From NCBI RefSeq assembly GCF_009914755.1, contig NC_060928.1: DNA of 64,000 bases; one strand, 5' to 3'. Within the stretch, counting starts at the first letter, position 1, and the number at the start of each line of letters is the position of its first letter. The position numbers were made by a program, and so were the translations under genes. The DNA comes from the human T2T-CHM13v2.0 reference genome, Homo sapiens. Positions 1 to 14,116 of the stretch are shown here, in pieces. The notes beneath the pieces are model-generated. The model saw only the letters and a program-made list of their open reading frames with translations. It made no database searches and had not been told where the DNA came from.

Positions 1-196
1 CAGATTCCCCTGAATCTGCCACCAAGACCACCAAGAAAATGTCTGATTTGACCCCATGTTTGCAGAGCGTGGTGACATGCTTACAGGTTCTCTAAAATGT
101 CAGGATCATAAACCACCTTTTCCTTTCCATTTCAGTGCTCTCACTTGAGACATCCATTTCTTCATGTCTCATCCTTACCTAGAATCAGAAATAGTT

Positions 197-315
197 GGCC
201 AAGCATGGTGGCTGACACCTGTAATCCCAGCACTTTGTGAGGCCAAGGCAAAAAGGTCACTTCAGGCCAGGAGTTAACGACCAGCCTCGGTAACATGGCA
301 AAACTCCGTCTCCGT

Positions 316-346
<31 letters not shown>

Positions 347-731
347 CACACACACACACATATATATATACACACACACACACATATATATACACACATA
401 TATATACACACATATATATATACACACACATATATATACACACATATATATACACATATATATACACATATATACACATATATACACACATATATATACA
501 CACATATATATACACACATATATATACACACACATATATACACATATATATACACATATATATACACATATATACACATATATACACATATATATACACA
601 CATATATATACACACATATATACACACATATATACACACATATATACACATATATATACACACATATATATACACATATATATACACATATATATATACA
701 CATATATATATACACATATATATATATACAC

Positions 732-770
<39 letters not shown>

Positions 771-960
771 CTCATATATATACAGAGAGAGAGAGAGAGA
801 AAATTAGCCAGGCATGGTGGTGCACACCTGTAGTCCCAGCTACTGGGGAGGATGAGGCAGGAGAATCCCTTGAGCCCTGGGAGGTCTAGGCTGCAGTGAG
901 ACGAAATGGTACCACTGTACTCTAGCCTAAGTGATAGAGCGAGACCCTGTCTCAAAAAAA
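197..960 (+). mobile_element. AluJ-type SINE split by a microsatellite expansion in its central A-rich linker
   Basis: Left arm ggccaagcatggtggctgacacctgtaatccc at 197-~332. Right arm aaaattagccaggcatgg...gaccctgtctcaaaaaaa at ~800-960 with J-type words (gcttgagccc-like, gaccctgtctc). Confidence 0.92.
332..800. repeat. Compound (TA)n/(CA)n microsatellite ending in (GA)n
   Basis: About 450 bp of tatatacacaca-type units, then gagagaga at 784-800. Confidence 0.98.
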
Positions 961-1270
961 GGAAGGAACAGAGGAAGGGAGGAAGGGAGGAAAAGAAAGG
1001 AAGGGAGGGAGGGAGGGAGGGAGGGAGGAAGGAAAGAAGGAAGGAAAGAAGGAAGGAAGGAAAGAAGGGAGGGAGGAAGGAAGGAAAGAAGGGAGGGAGG
1101 AAGGAAAGAAGGGAGGGAGGAAGGAAAGAAGGAAGGAAGGAAAGAAGGGAGGGAGGAAGGAAGGAAAGAAGGGAGGGAGGAAGGAAGGAGGGAGGGAAAG
1201 AAGGAAAGAATGGAGGGAGGAAGGAAAAAAGGAAGGAAGAAAGGGAGGGAGGGAGGGAAGGAAGGAAGGA
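961..1270 (+). repeat. (GGAA/GGGA)n polypurine tract derived from the Alu tail
   Basis: About 310 bp almost entirely G/A, directly after the Alu poly(A). Confidence 0.97.
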
Positions 1271-1414
1271 ATCCTCAATAGTTACACTTACTGTTTATAG
1301 GGTGAAACTCAAACTCCAAGCCCTTTTCCATGGCATCTCGCCCTCTCACCATCTGATCTTAGCCCAACCCTCTAGACCTTCCTTACGGGATCTGAATATC
1401 AAAACAGTCAGGAC

Positions 1415-1808
1415 TGCATGACTTCACTTTACTTATACGTGGAATCTTAAAAAGTTGAACTCATAGAAGTAGTGAGGAGAATGTTGGTTACCAGAGGCAG
1501 GGGGGATGATGGGCAGGGCGGTTGGAATAGTTGACCAAAGAGTACAAAGTTCCCGTGAGACAGGAGGAATCCGTTTTCAGATCTACTGGACAGCAAGGTG
1601 ACCATAACTAATAATAATGTAGTGGATATTTCAACATCGCTAAAAAGAATAGATGTTAAATGTTCTCACCACAAAAATATGGCAAGTATGTGAGGTGATG
1701 GATATATTACTCAGGTCGATACTGTATAATCATTCCACAATGTATTCATATATATAAACATCACATTGTGCCCCATATATATACAATTATTATTTGTCGA
1801 TTAAAAAT
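1415..1808 (+). mobile_element. L1MA-family LINE 3' end
   Basis: aaaagttgaactcatagaag...ggttaccagagg...aaatgttctcaccacaaaaa...cacattgtgcccc...attaaaaa, typical L1MA 3' UTR. Subfamily not resolved. Confidence 0.85.
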
Positions 1809-2567
1809 GATTGATTTTCAGGTAGAAGAGTCTTGACTGTGTCCAGTGCTTAACTCTGCAGCCTAAGCATCCCAGAGGGAGTGCTCGCTCTCAGAGAGCC
1901 GGGGCCGAGGCTGCAAGTCTCCTAGGGTCCAGCCACCTGGCATAGCCCAGGCACTCAGGAACAATAGCTGACACTGAACATGTGAATATGAACTCAGATG
2001 GCTACAACCCGGTGGGACACTGCTGAGGCCTGTGTAGGAGCCCAGATGTGTAAGGGAATCGCTAGGGGGTGGGTTGTGAAGGAGACACTGAGCTGCCAGC
2101 TAGTGACAGCATAAGAGGTTCCAGCAGTTTATTTAAAAAATCAAAGAGCCATAGACCATTGGAGCCCTGGAGTAAGGAAGCTGGTCTTGATGGTGGTAAT
2201 CAGACTACTTGGTGTTGGGAGATAGCCTCTCATGTGTCCACATGAGATTAGAAACCCTTGAGGATGACTTCGTTGATTTGCTAGACTTGTTCAATTGATC
2301 CATTAAGTGATCAATTACTGGCAATGATTAGCAGACAAAGCTTGGTATTTAAGTATTTGGGATGTCCCGTCTAATGTCATGGCCAAGAATCAAAATGCGC
2401 TTTTTAGGAATTTAATCTCATCTTATCAAATGACAAAAAAAAGAGATCTTTCCTGGGAACTCCTGGAATTGTGCTAAAATTGTTTCTGGATCACGTGTCT
2501 GTGGATAAATAATTCTGAGGTCTTCCCTTGCTTTGTATTGCATGGAGTGTGAGACAAAATACAAAGG

Positions 2568-2802
2568 GAGTTAAGAGCACAGCCTGGGGTATCAGACCAT
2601 CTAGGTCTGAGCCTGCCTCCGCCTCTCAGAATCTGACCTTGGCCCGTTTCCTAGCCTCTGAAAGCTTCAGTCTCCTTACCTATAAACTGGGATCAGGATT
2701 ATGCTTATCTCCCAGGTTTAGTGGGAGGATTAAATGAGATAAGACACATCAAGTACTGTACTTAGGAGTGCATCTGGCATTCAGTAAGTGCTCAATAAAT
2801 GT
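2568..2802 (+). mobile_element. MIR SINE
   Basis: Core cttcagtctccttacctataaactggg...gaggattaaatgagataa...gtaagtgctcaataaatgtt. Confidence 0.85.
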
Positions 2803-3937
2803 TCCCTGTCCTCTCAACTGCATTACCTTTTACACCAGAAAACCATAATAATAACAGTGGCAATTTAAGGAGACAGTATTAAAGAGAATTAGCTTATGAA
2901 AAGTTAAGACTCTGTTTATTCTTTCCATTCAAAATAAAAAATTTACAAAATAATGTTTTTTACAAGTCTAAAAGTTGACCCACTTAAAAAAATGTTTCAT
3001 GGGAATTACACTAAACTGGCATTTACACATTTCCTATAAATACTTATATTAATCTGTACAGTTCTAAGAAGTAGGCTCACCAGCTAAAAAGTCTCTGGAC
3101 ATACAAGTATGCCTAGTGAGTTCATTCTAGAGAATTCAAATGTAAACCCAATTAAGATACACTTTTAATATTGCCGAAGGCACTAGATAAATATTTTAAA
3201 TACTAAAATCTGGCCAGAGCAAAGGTAGAAATCAATTGTTCTTTCATTTCACCTGTAAGATCTTAATAATTAAGTTCAGAAAAACAGAATTTTACATTAA
3301 TCTGACAGCATTAGCTGTAAGTGAACTCAATCAATGGCCTCTTCATAATGAAATTTCTTAGCTCAAAATTTTAAATTACAGTGAAAGATAAAGTAGAATG
3401 AAATACCAGGGAACATACAATTCATGGCTCACCTACATCTTCACTATTAGGTAAAGCCCTACACACAAAGCCGGCAATCCAGCACTGCCCCTCACTCACT
3501 GCCCTGCCCACAGCAGTCCCTTTTTTCTGCTGACAGCAAAGCCAAAGGAGAGGAATACCCTTCATCCAACTTCAGAAAAACTCCTTCTTCTGACATCAAA
3601 GCTTTACTGCTAAGGCTGTGTTTAAACCATTATGGTTGTGCCATTATAATAATGGTTATAAGACTACTGAGTGACAAATAATACTTGATATCTAAATGGC
3701 CCCTTTCAACCTTTCTGTAATGTCACTCATAAAATTAAAATGAATACTGTCTTTCCCAGATTGACACAGATATGCAAATTGTCCTTTATTTTATCGGGTG
3801 TTCTTTGTATTTGCAGATATTGCACTCCGCATCCTTCCAGAGTCCAGGTGTCTTAATGTAAATCACAGCTTTTATTCAATCAGGTAAAAGGATGAGAAAG
3901 TGTCATTGCCTCCCTTTGGCACTATCCTGGGCTTGCA

Positions 3938-4117
3938 CCAGCGAAGTGCTGGTAAATATTTAACACCCAGTGTGGTGGTGTAATATACGGTGGTGTAAAC
4001 ACTCACACCATGACCAATTTCAACCTGCCAAGGTGATGTCACTGACCATGGAATCAGGAAGGGATGCACACCATCAGCTCCCAAACATGTTGTAAGCCAG
4101 AGCCAGGGCACCTCTGG
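3938..4117 (-). mobile_element. MER63A-like hAT MITE
   Basis: Degenerate termini ccagcgaagtgctgg / ccagggcacctctgg; internal gtgctggtaaatatttaac and ggtgtaaacactc...catgaccaatttcaa resemble MER63. Confidence 0.7.
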
Positions 4118-4340
4118 CCTGAATCAAAATTCTCTGATCCAGTGTGTCCCCGTGGAAACCAGAAATCCAAGCGAGACCAGGTGCTTATTATTCAACATGA
4201 TCCCCTTGAATAGGGTCTAGCCACCTCCACTCTTCTTTGGTAAATCCCATCTCCATATCTTGTAGGTCACTCCTTTCCAGGGACCTGCAAAGTGACTGTC
4301 ACCTTTTCTATAAAAAGTCAGAGAACTGAGAAAGGAATAG

Positions 4341-4698
<358 letters not shown>

Positions 4699-4773
4699 AC
4701 TCTCTGGGTAATTTTTTGTTGTTGTAGGTCAGGTTATTTTCTCCTAAGATTCAGTTTTCATTCTCATTGAAAA

Positions 4774-5260
4774 CAGTGGGATTCAGCTTCACGGTGTGTA
4801 AGAATCACCTGGGAAACTTGTTAGTAATGCAGCTTCTGCCTGTAATCCCAGCACTTCGGAAGGTGGAGACAGGAGAATCACTTGAGCCCAGTAGTTTGAG
4901 ACCAGCTTGGCCAAGGTGGGGAAAGCTCATTTCTACAGAATGTTTTAAAAATTAGCTGGGTATAGTGGTGCACGCCAATAGTCCCAGCTACTCCGGAGGC
5001 TGAAGCGGGAGGATTGGTTGAGTCCAGGAAGTCCAGGCTACAGTGACCTGTGGTTGTGCCACTGCACTCCAGGCTCAGCAACAGAGCAAGACACTGTCTC
5101 AAATAAAAATAATAATGACAATGCAGCTTCCCAGCCCTCCCCGACCTTTCTGATTCAGTAGGTTTGAGTGGCAATAGGAGACTGCATTTTAAATAATCCT
5201 CCCAGGAAGTTCTGAGGCCGGAGTTTGAATCTGGGCTTAATGCAAAGAGTTTGAGCCAAC
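4774..5260. mobile_element. MER5A/B hAT-Charlie MITE interrupted by an Alu
   Basis: agaatcacctgggaaacttgtta on the left and ttctgattcagtaggt...tgcattttaaataa on the right of the Alu. Confidence 0.7.
4837..5119 (+). mobile_element. 5'-truncated AluJ with 11-bp TSD
   Basis: Starts at tgcctgtaatccc. Flanked by aatgcagcttc at 4826-4836 and 5120-5130. Confidence 0.92.
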
Positions 5261-5285
5261 TACTCACTTTAAAAGGAATAGTCAA

Positions 5286-6068
5286 CACAAGACAACCCTC
5301 AACTCTGACACAAATGACAAGTTTGAGGGATTCCCGAAACCATCATCAGTTTCAATAATTTGCTACAGGGACTCACAGAGCTCACTGAAACTGTGATCCT
5401 CACTGTTATGGTTTATTGCGGGGAAAGGATACAGATCAAATGCAGCCAAAGGAAGATGTACGTAGGGCCGAGGCTGCGGAAGTACCAGACACAGCTCTCA
5501 TTGTCTCCCTCCCATGGAGTTAGAGCACATCAGTCTCCCAGTTTCCTCATGTGACAGTCTACATAGAGCGTTGCCAACCAGCGAAGCTCACCCAAGCCTC
5601 AGTATTCAGAATTTATATTTGGCACCCTTATGTAGCGGATTGATTGATTGTCCACATGATTGATCTCTGTATCCAGGTGGCCTGACTCAAAGCTCCCATC
5701 CTTGACTTGGAAGTTTGACTTGGAAGAGTGAGGGAATGGGATGATGAGGAATTACTTAATAGGTACAGTGTATGTCACTCAGGTGAAGGATGTCCTAACT
5801 GCCCTGGCTTCACCACTGTGCCATGTATGCATGTAACGAAACTGCACTTGTACCCCATACATTTATACGAAACAAACCTCCTACTCTAAATCGTACTGTT
5901 GGGCTTCGGGATGGCTAGCCTTCACCTTCAGGTGTGGTAGGCCCCCACCCTAAGTCAAACAGTCACAATCTGGCTAGCCCAAGCCTCCCCTCCCCTGACC
6001 CCCAGCAAATCAATATTACCACCAGGGCAAAGGCCAGACCGACCTCTTCTAGGGCAAGGTTAAATCCT
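5286..6068. mobile_element. MER21-family ERVL LTR interrupted by an L1 3' fragment
   Basis: caataatttgcta...actcacagagctca...ggtttatt...aaaggatacagatc...gaagctcaccc...; end ggcaaaggccagacc...aaggttaaat. Confidence 0.65.
5715..5876 (+). mobile_element. L1PB/L1MA 3'-terminal fragment
   Basis: aattacttaataggtacagtgta...cttcaccactgtgccatgtatgcatgtaacgaaactgcacttgtacccc. Confidence 0.75.
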
Positions 6069-6069
6069 G

Positions 6070-6382
6070 CGGGGCACGGTGGCTCATACCTGGAATCCCA
6101 GCACTTTGGGAGGCTGAGGTGGGTGGATTGCTTGAGCCCACAGTTTGAGACCAGCCTGGGCAACATGGCAAAACCCCATCTCTACAAAATAGACAAAAAT
6201 TAGCCAGGTGTAGTAGCGCACGCCTGTAGTCCTAGCTATTCAGGAGGCTGAGGTGGGAGGATCACTTGAGCCCGGAAGTCAAAGCTGCAGTGAGCTGTGG
6301 TTGTGCTGCACTCCAGCCTGGGCGATGGAGCGAGGCCCCTGCCTCCAAAAATAAAAACCAAAAAATAAAACAAAGAAAGAAA
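6070..6382 (+). mobile_element. AluJ SINE
   Basis: Dimeric Alu with gcttgagccc words and A-rich tail. Confidence 0.94.
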
Positions 6383-6981
6383 CACTCCCAAAAGGTCAGT
6401 CAGACTTCTGTCTTTGGAAAAACCACCTTGGCCATCAAACTAAATGTCCTATAGGTGAGCCTTTTGCTTGAGGCTGGCAAGAGGTTGCCTTGGGTTTTAT
6501 TTCTTCAGTAGGGTGTTAATCCATGAGTGAAGGCCTAAAGTCGGTTTTTTAGAGTCTTTGGGGTAGCTTAAGAACAGTATTAAATACCACATCCAAATAT
6601 GAGCACCTTTGAAGCTGGGAGCATAATAAGTGCTATGTAAGAGATTACTATTAAATAGTGTTAGTATTCATATTGGTATTAGCATCAGTATCAGCTGTGG
6701 GAAACTGGCCTACCATGTGCAGAAATAAAACCAGAACCATATTTCAGCTCATGGGACACCAAGGGTGAGATAATATCTCAAGACAAAAACTTGGAATATT
6801 GAAGAAAAGGTGAAAGTGGAGAACTCTGCTACAATACAGTCCCAAGGATTAAGCTGAGAGTTGTCCTCGGATTTCCCTGCTTACCTCCCGTCAAATGCCT
6901 GGCCCACTCCATCTAGTTTGTACTTGTCTAGAATATATTCTACTGTATGGAACTTTCCTTATTTAACAAAAGAGAGTGTTA

Positions 6982-7035
6982 TGAGGCAGGTTCACTGTGC
7001 GCTGGTTAGTACTTGCCTGAGTCTGGTGAAACAGA

Positions 7036-7075
<40 letters not shown>

Positions 7076-7457
7076 CACAGAGTGGATTTATTACTTACAG
7101 ATAAACAGCAAGGGACAAAAACCCAGCATTCATGATGAGCTGATCCCTCAAGGCTCTGGAAAGCTGCCCAGGAGGATACAGTCTCATCTGCTCATGCCTT
7201 AATTGCACCGCAGCTGAAGGACCCCAGAAAGCAGCCCACCCTGGGTTTTACGCCCCGGGTGTCACATGACTGCTGGGCTGAAACATCGAAGGACATCCTG
7301 TTTCTGGGGGTTTCTAGCCTGGGCTGTTTGGTCAGTTCTCCCCTTTTCTCAGGATGTTGCATTCCTGGCACATTTGACAGTTATTCTTGAGAACTGGAAG
7401 CGAAAAGTGGGGGGACATTGGGTTGGCCCAAGGCCACCTGGAGAACTGTCCTGCTAG
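6982..7457 (-). mobile_element. ERVL-type solo LTR (LTR53/MER54/MER73 group) with internal (CA)n at 7038-7072
   Basis: Reverse strand reads cagttctccaggtggccttgg...gttctcaagaataactgt...ggaatgcaacatcctgag...cccccagaaacaggatgtccttc. Confidence 0.6.
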
Positions 7458-8384
7458 TGGCATTGCCCTCTTGGAGTCACAGAGCTCATTAATCCAGTGA
7501 AGGATGAATCTGTCCACGAAGCGAGGAAAGTCACAGGCTTTTAAAGAAGGACAGGTACTTAAAAATATTCCCCTTTTATTTTTTTCCTGTTAATCACATT
7601 TCTGAGTGAGTTGAAGAAAATCTACTAGGAAGTTTCTTGATTTACTGAGTAGGCTTAAACTTTTTCCTTATGATGCTTAACTTCAAGAGGGGTTCAGTCA
7701 GAGCCACTGTATAACTAAAGGACTGATTTCCAAATAGTTTCACAGCCCTTGGAATATTTAAATGGTTACTTTACCCATTTTTTAGATAGGTAAGTGCAAT
7801 ACAATAAAATGCTTAGCATTTTCAAGGAGCGTAAATCAAGGTTCTTCAAGTCACTTTGAATTTGTTTTGACATTTTTCTGTACTTTATCACAATCAGAGA
7901 AGCACCTCAGATACTGTACTAGTAAAACAAGTGACATAACTTTTCACGGGCTCCGTTCACCCCTGCAATTGCTTCAGTCTCCACTTAGACTTGCCAGCTT
8001 GTCACTCCGTTTACAGCATCAGAGCATGTGCCCAGCCTGCACCGTACCCTGCTACTATTCCCAGCTCTCAGCCACCTACATCTCGCTCTTACCCACAGCC
8101 TCATAGCCATCCCTGATTATACTGGAAGTTATAGAAAACGTTTATCTGCTGCTAAAATACCTACAGCTGTGGCAATTCACATTTAGGGCTTTAACGTGTC
8201 TAGGTGATAAAGTTTTGACAGGAAGGCTCCAATAAAAGGATTTCAGATACATGGGATGTTTTTCCTTCGTTTCCTGGAAGCAAAGACAACTGAATGAGGA
8301 ATACTGTTTCCTCTTTATAAAGGCAGACTTGGGAAATATAACATTCTTATAATGAATCCAAACAAGTTGAATCACAAAATAATG

Positions 8385-8610
8385 CAATTCAGTCATTTAC
8401 AAAAATGCGTTAAGCATCTACACTAATCTAAGCATTTTGCTCAGTCCTAGGAATATGGAATGAATGAGACCTATTCCCTCCCTTCCAAGATCTTGTAGGC
8501 TCATATGGAGAGGGGTGGGTGGAATCGTGGAAGCAAATGATTCCAAATAAGTCCGAAGATGATAATTCCAAATACAATTGCTATGTGAAAAGAGCAAAAA
8601 GCCAAGAGAA
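8385..8610 (-). mobile_element. L2 LINE 3' fragment
   Basis: ttcagtcatttacaaaaatgcgttaagcatctac...ctaggaatatgg...atgagacctattccctcccttc. Confidence 0.55.
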
Positions 8611-9019
8611 CATGCAATGTATAACTACTCACAAAACTCAAAATGTGGTCTCTCAGCTCTTCCCCCTTAGGGTTCCTTGAATAAGCAACCTCAAGTCTTT
8701 CACTGTAAATCATTTTGTTAACTAAGGAGTATTTTTAGTCTATTTTTATATTAGCATGATGAAATAGAAAAGTCATCATCAAGAAAAGTGTATGAATAAT
8801 AGTACTTAATTCAATTTCTTAGACTGAAAGTATTTTATTATCTACTAATATTTCTAAATCAATACCATGCCAATTATACCAGCTTTATTATCTGCAGTTA
8901 ACTTATATAGCCAGCATATTAGGCCTCAATTCTACCAAAAAACATATTTAGAAAGTATAATTTGGCAATGGTTACACTAATATTAGGCTAAAAAAGAATT
9001 TCATATTAGGTTGATCCAG

Positions 9020-9282
9020 ATGTTGTGATTATACTATAATTTATGTATAATTATATATTTATATTTTATATACATTTAAGCCTATAATTTATATATTTAT
9101 ATATATTATCATTTATAAATTATGCTTAGTCTATATAACATATTCATATTATAATTATGTCACATATAGTATAATATATATGCCATAATTTATAATCACT
9201 ACAGATAGTGATTATACCATATAATTTATAATCACAACATATAGTGATTATATTATATAATTTATATAGCTACTATATATAG
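9020..9282. repeat. AT-rich low-complexity tract with a 36-bp duplicated hairpin unit
   Basis: tataatcacta-caga-tagtgattata at 9191-9216, with a variant copy at 9227-9252. Confidence 0.85.
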
Positions 9283-9736
9283 AATCTGGAGATGTGGAAA
9301 ATGTAGACAAATCGTTTTGAATACGAACTTATTCTCACTATGACAGAAAGAAAAATATTACACCTAACCTCATATACTATGAAAGAAAATTAATTAAAAT
9401 GTTGGCAATTAGAACCAATAAAGACATCAATGCATTTTGGCATAAAAATAAGGTGAAGTGTACGATATTGCTTCCCAGATATGTCTATAGTAAAGTAGCC
9501 CAGAGTAGGGGCACATCTGCCACTCACAGCTGCCTTGGTTACATGACCGAGTTAAGGATGCCATACTGAGGTCCGAATTTCACTTTCTCCCATTGTCCTC
9601 CGGACCTTGTAACAGTAAGTACTCTATGAAATGTGTTGATGTTTAGAAAGGAAAGTGAATTAAAATTAATGACCCTCTCCTCTAAAATTGCATGTGTGGA
9701 TGAGGCTTAGAAATCATGTAATTGCATCTTCAAGAA

Positions 9737-10168
<432 letters not shown>

Positions 10169-10210
10169 GATCCCTATTCAAGAATACAGTTACTTTAGTA
10201 GCTCTTTTAT

Positions 10211-10536
<326 letters not shown>

Positions 10537-11068
10537 TAATCCAGAATTAAGGAATGGGGTTGTCAATATGGAAAAGAGGTTGATGGTAAACATAACAAAG
10601 GTCTTCCCATATATGATGTCAGTATGTTGCCTGATGAGCTTTCAAACTAAAGTAATGGAATTCTCTACAGATGTAAAAAGATTGAATAGACATTCACGAT
10701 TTGGCATAATTAAGACTTAGGCTAGCCTGAACCTGAGGAACAAATAGATGATCGAAACTATAGAAACTATAAGGCCATTATAATTTTCTTAGAATAAGTA
10801 ACTTTTAGACTATGATGTTGTGAAAATCTACAATTTCAGGACAGTTTAACCAACTAGGAAGTGGAAAGTGCTGTTGTTAGCATATTGAATGCTTTCATGT
10901 AAGTTTTTGTAGGTATTCTCAATTTTTTAAAATCCGAAGTAAAGCATGTCAACTAACAATGGAAAACAAATAGTTATGTAGAACTCTCTCATGGTTTCAT
11001 ATGAAAATTATGTAGATTTTTATTAAAACTTTGGAATAAAAAGACTGTATCCGGATATACAAGTCTTC

Positions 11069-11101
<33 letters not shown>

Positions 11102-11893
11102 TTAGCCTTCTTTCAGAGCCAATTCAGTCTGACAGGTAAATCAGCATTTAGGGACTTTTATTGTTCAGGCATTAATGCCAGCTTCTCTTCATACACTCTG
11201 TAGTACTCAGCTTCCAGAAGCAATAAACCATAATGGTCTCACTCACTGAGGCCTTTTAATTCATGGATCATAGACATGATAAATCATAAGAACTCCTCTG
11301 GTGCCTTTTTGTCTAGAATGGCCAGATTCTTGAAAGCCAAATACAGAACACCTTTTTAAAGGGCATGTACTCAATTGAAGAAGGATGTTCATATTCAAGA
11401 AAGCGGCGAAAGTGTTTATGGATGCACGTGCAATGGAAAGATAATACACTGAGACAAATGTGGACCCACAGATGGACATGCTTCTATGGGCAGACAGCAA
11501 AGGAGTCTTTTCCTTAGGTCCTTTATTTTCTAACATACCATTGGGATTCTGCCACCTAAGGCCAGTTTCCCCATTTCAAGGAAGGCAGTTGTAAGAGATT
11601 TATTTCCTTATCTTGAAGGAAGCTGTCTTGGCATACCTCAAGACAGGCTGGAGGATCCAAGCTCTGTTTGCTGTAACAGATTTACTCAGGAAGGTGGAGC
11701 CATAGAGGAAGGATTGGTGACCAATTTGTTGTAAATAGAGTTAACATTTAATTCAGCTTCTCTCTCAAGACCCCAGCCCAGGCCACAAGTAACACATTTT
11801 CTCAGTTCTTAAAGTCTTGACCGTAAAGCTAGAAAAATTCCATCCATGGTATACACTCTTCTTTCTTCTATTTTTACATTTTAAAAAATTACT

Positions 11894-12054
11894 GGCTGGA
11901 AAGGGTGGCTCACACTTGTAATCCCACGGCTTTAGGGAACCAAGGCCGGAGGATCACTTGACCCCGGGAGTTCCAGGCCGCAGTGAGCTATGATTGTGCC
12001 ACTGTACTCCAGCCTGGGTGACAGAGGGAAATCCTCTCTCTAAAAAATAAAAAA
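11894..12054 (+). mobile_element. Alu monomer (FRAM-like)
   Basis: Single ~160-bp arm ending cagcctgggtgacagag...aaaaaataaaaaa. Confidence 0.85.
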
Positions 12055-14116
12055 TGAATGACTACATTTTTCTCCTTTCTTCCAAATATTGGACTTTTTA
12101 TTGACCTGACCACAAATAGAGTATAGCGCACCCTCCCCAACAAAACCCCAACCCCACAGATGAGCTGCCGTGTTTTCTCTTAGGGCAGTTTCTCAGCCAC
12201 ATTCACGGACTGACCGTTTTCCCTCCCCTCATCACCTTGTGGGGAAAACAGACTTTTGTGCACAACACTCATTTGATGAGGTTCTTCAGATGAAGGAGAA
12301 AAAACATTATCACTAATAGTGTTTTAAAACATTCTGACCCTTTGTAGCCTCAAAGTTAACACTAGTTTATAAGATTTCATTGGGTCTTCACAGAGAAAGT
12401 AATCAATGACTATTGACATCCCTCAGCACAATAGGTGTTAAATCGTAGTGTAATTTTCTATGTGTCTAAAAGGATTTTATTTTACTCTACTTAATGCAGC
12501 TTTTCTAGGGAAAACAAAGAGCAGTCTTCAAGTTCTGTTTCCCATTCTCCTCCTTGTTCAATAAATGCCAAATATAAAAACCGTATACAAAGTTGAGCAC
12601 ATTTGTTTACATGATCTTTTCATTTTTGCGTTTATGCTAATTGCCATCCCGGAATCTCCACTGAGTGATGTTTTTAGGATTAGCTGTCAAGAACTTGGAG
12701 TTTCAGCTCGATATTGATTCTCCTCCCTTGGATAAATGCTGCTCACACTTACTAAAAAGGTCAATATTATTGCTAGTTAAGGAACAGCTAGGAGGCCTGC
12801 TCTACTGCTAACAGTCTGGATGACATGCTTGTAAGACTTTGTCTAACATCAGTATTTAATAATGTTATTAAACAGAGTCTTATTGGCCCTCCTCATCTGC
12901 AGATTATAAAATGTATCAAGACATTCACACTGAAAATCTAACTGGTATTCTGAAGGTTAAGACACATTTATACTTATAAAAAGCTGGCTTTTTAAATGAT
13001 TAAATGGTTTGCAAAATAGTCGGTGCAGTTTAACAAAGGACAAACAACTGTTTTATCTGGAAGTGACTTGTGCTTCCGGAGACAACACTGGAAAAATCAT
13101 TTCCGTTTGTTTTCTTTTAGTAGACTTAAAGATTTCATTTGCTATCTTAATTTTAAAGCGGATTTGAGATCATCCATGTGCTTGCTTCTCTTTTTCTCTT
13201 GGGTTGTTTTTCTTAAGGTCATTCCACAATTGAAATGCGTCTACAAAGAAGGGGAAAGGAGGTATCACTGTCTTGTAAAGAACTCACAGAGAGGAGAATG
13301 AAAATTGTGTTTGGGGAGTAGGAATAGATTTCACCTGTTCCTTCTATCCTTCCTCTCTATTACCTGAGATAATTGAGAGTTGACTGGACTTAAATGAATA
13401 ATGAATATATACCAATGCATATATGAAATGAAAATGTTAGATTATTTTCAAGTACCAAAATCTCATTACATCCGTATTTTCTTAAAAGATACGCCCACCA
13501 TGCTAGTAAAGTTAGTCTGAAACAAGTCAAACACCAAATAAGTATTACAAATACGAGCAAATGTGTGTGTGGTGGGAGAAGTGTGGGGGAGAGGAAGAGA
13601 GGGTGTTGAGGACAAGAGAAGGGGAAGAGAGAGACAGAGAGGAAGAGAGAATTAATTAAAGATTTTTACTTTAAACATTAAGAAACATTCAGAAAACATC
13701 AAGAAGTGATTCACTCTTGCTACTTTTAAACAATTGGATGGGACTCTATTTAAGTGAATTGTTCCCAAATTTCTTCACCAGAATATGCTAAGATATACTC
13801 ATCATTTAATTTCTTTCCCAATGAGGCAGGACCATCATTATAAATATTGCACAATGTTGGTCTTGGAAAATACCAAAGAATGTCCAGATATTTGCCCTTT
13901 ATAGTAACTGAAGTCAGACTACCCTGCTTTTTGAGTAATTCTATCTGGTTTTAATATTTTTGGGATCAGCTTTCCTCTTTTCAATGCCTCATTTCAATAG
14001 GAAGACTCTCTGACTGTCTATATCTAAACCACTATGCATTTCAAAGCCATATAATCAGTTTGTTAGAATCATGTGCAGTTGTTAGAATTAAAAGCAGTTG
14101 TTGAGAAAGAATTTTA

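Noticed and set aside
162-1421. Long ORFs of 108-232 aa (YICVYI..., GRKEGRKE...)
   Set aside because: Translations of TA/CA and GGAA microsatellites plus Alu; stop-free by composition.
3790-3890. Possible + strand exon (ttctttgtatttgcag| at 3816, donor-like cag|gtaaaa at 3882)
   Set aside because: Isolated splice-like words are common; no ORF or transcript support visible.
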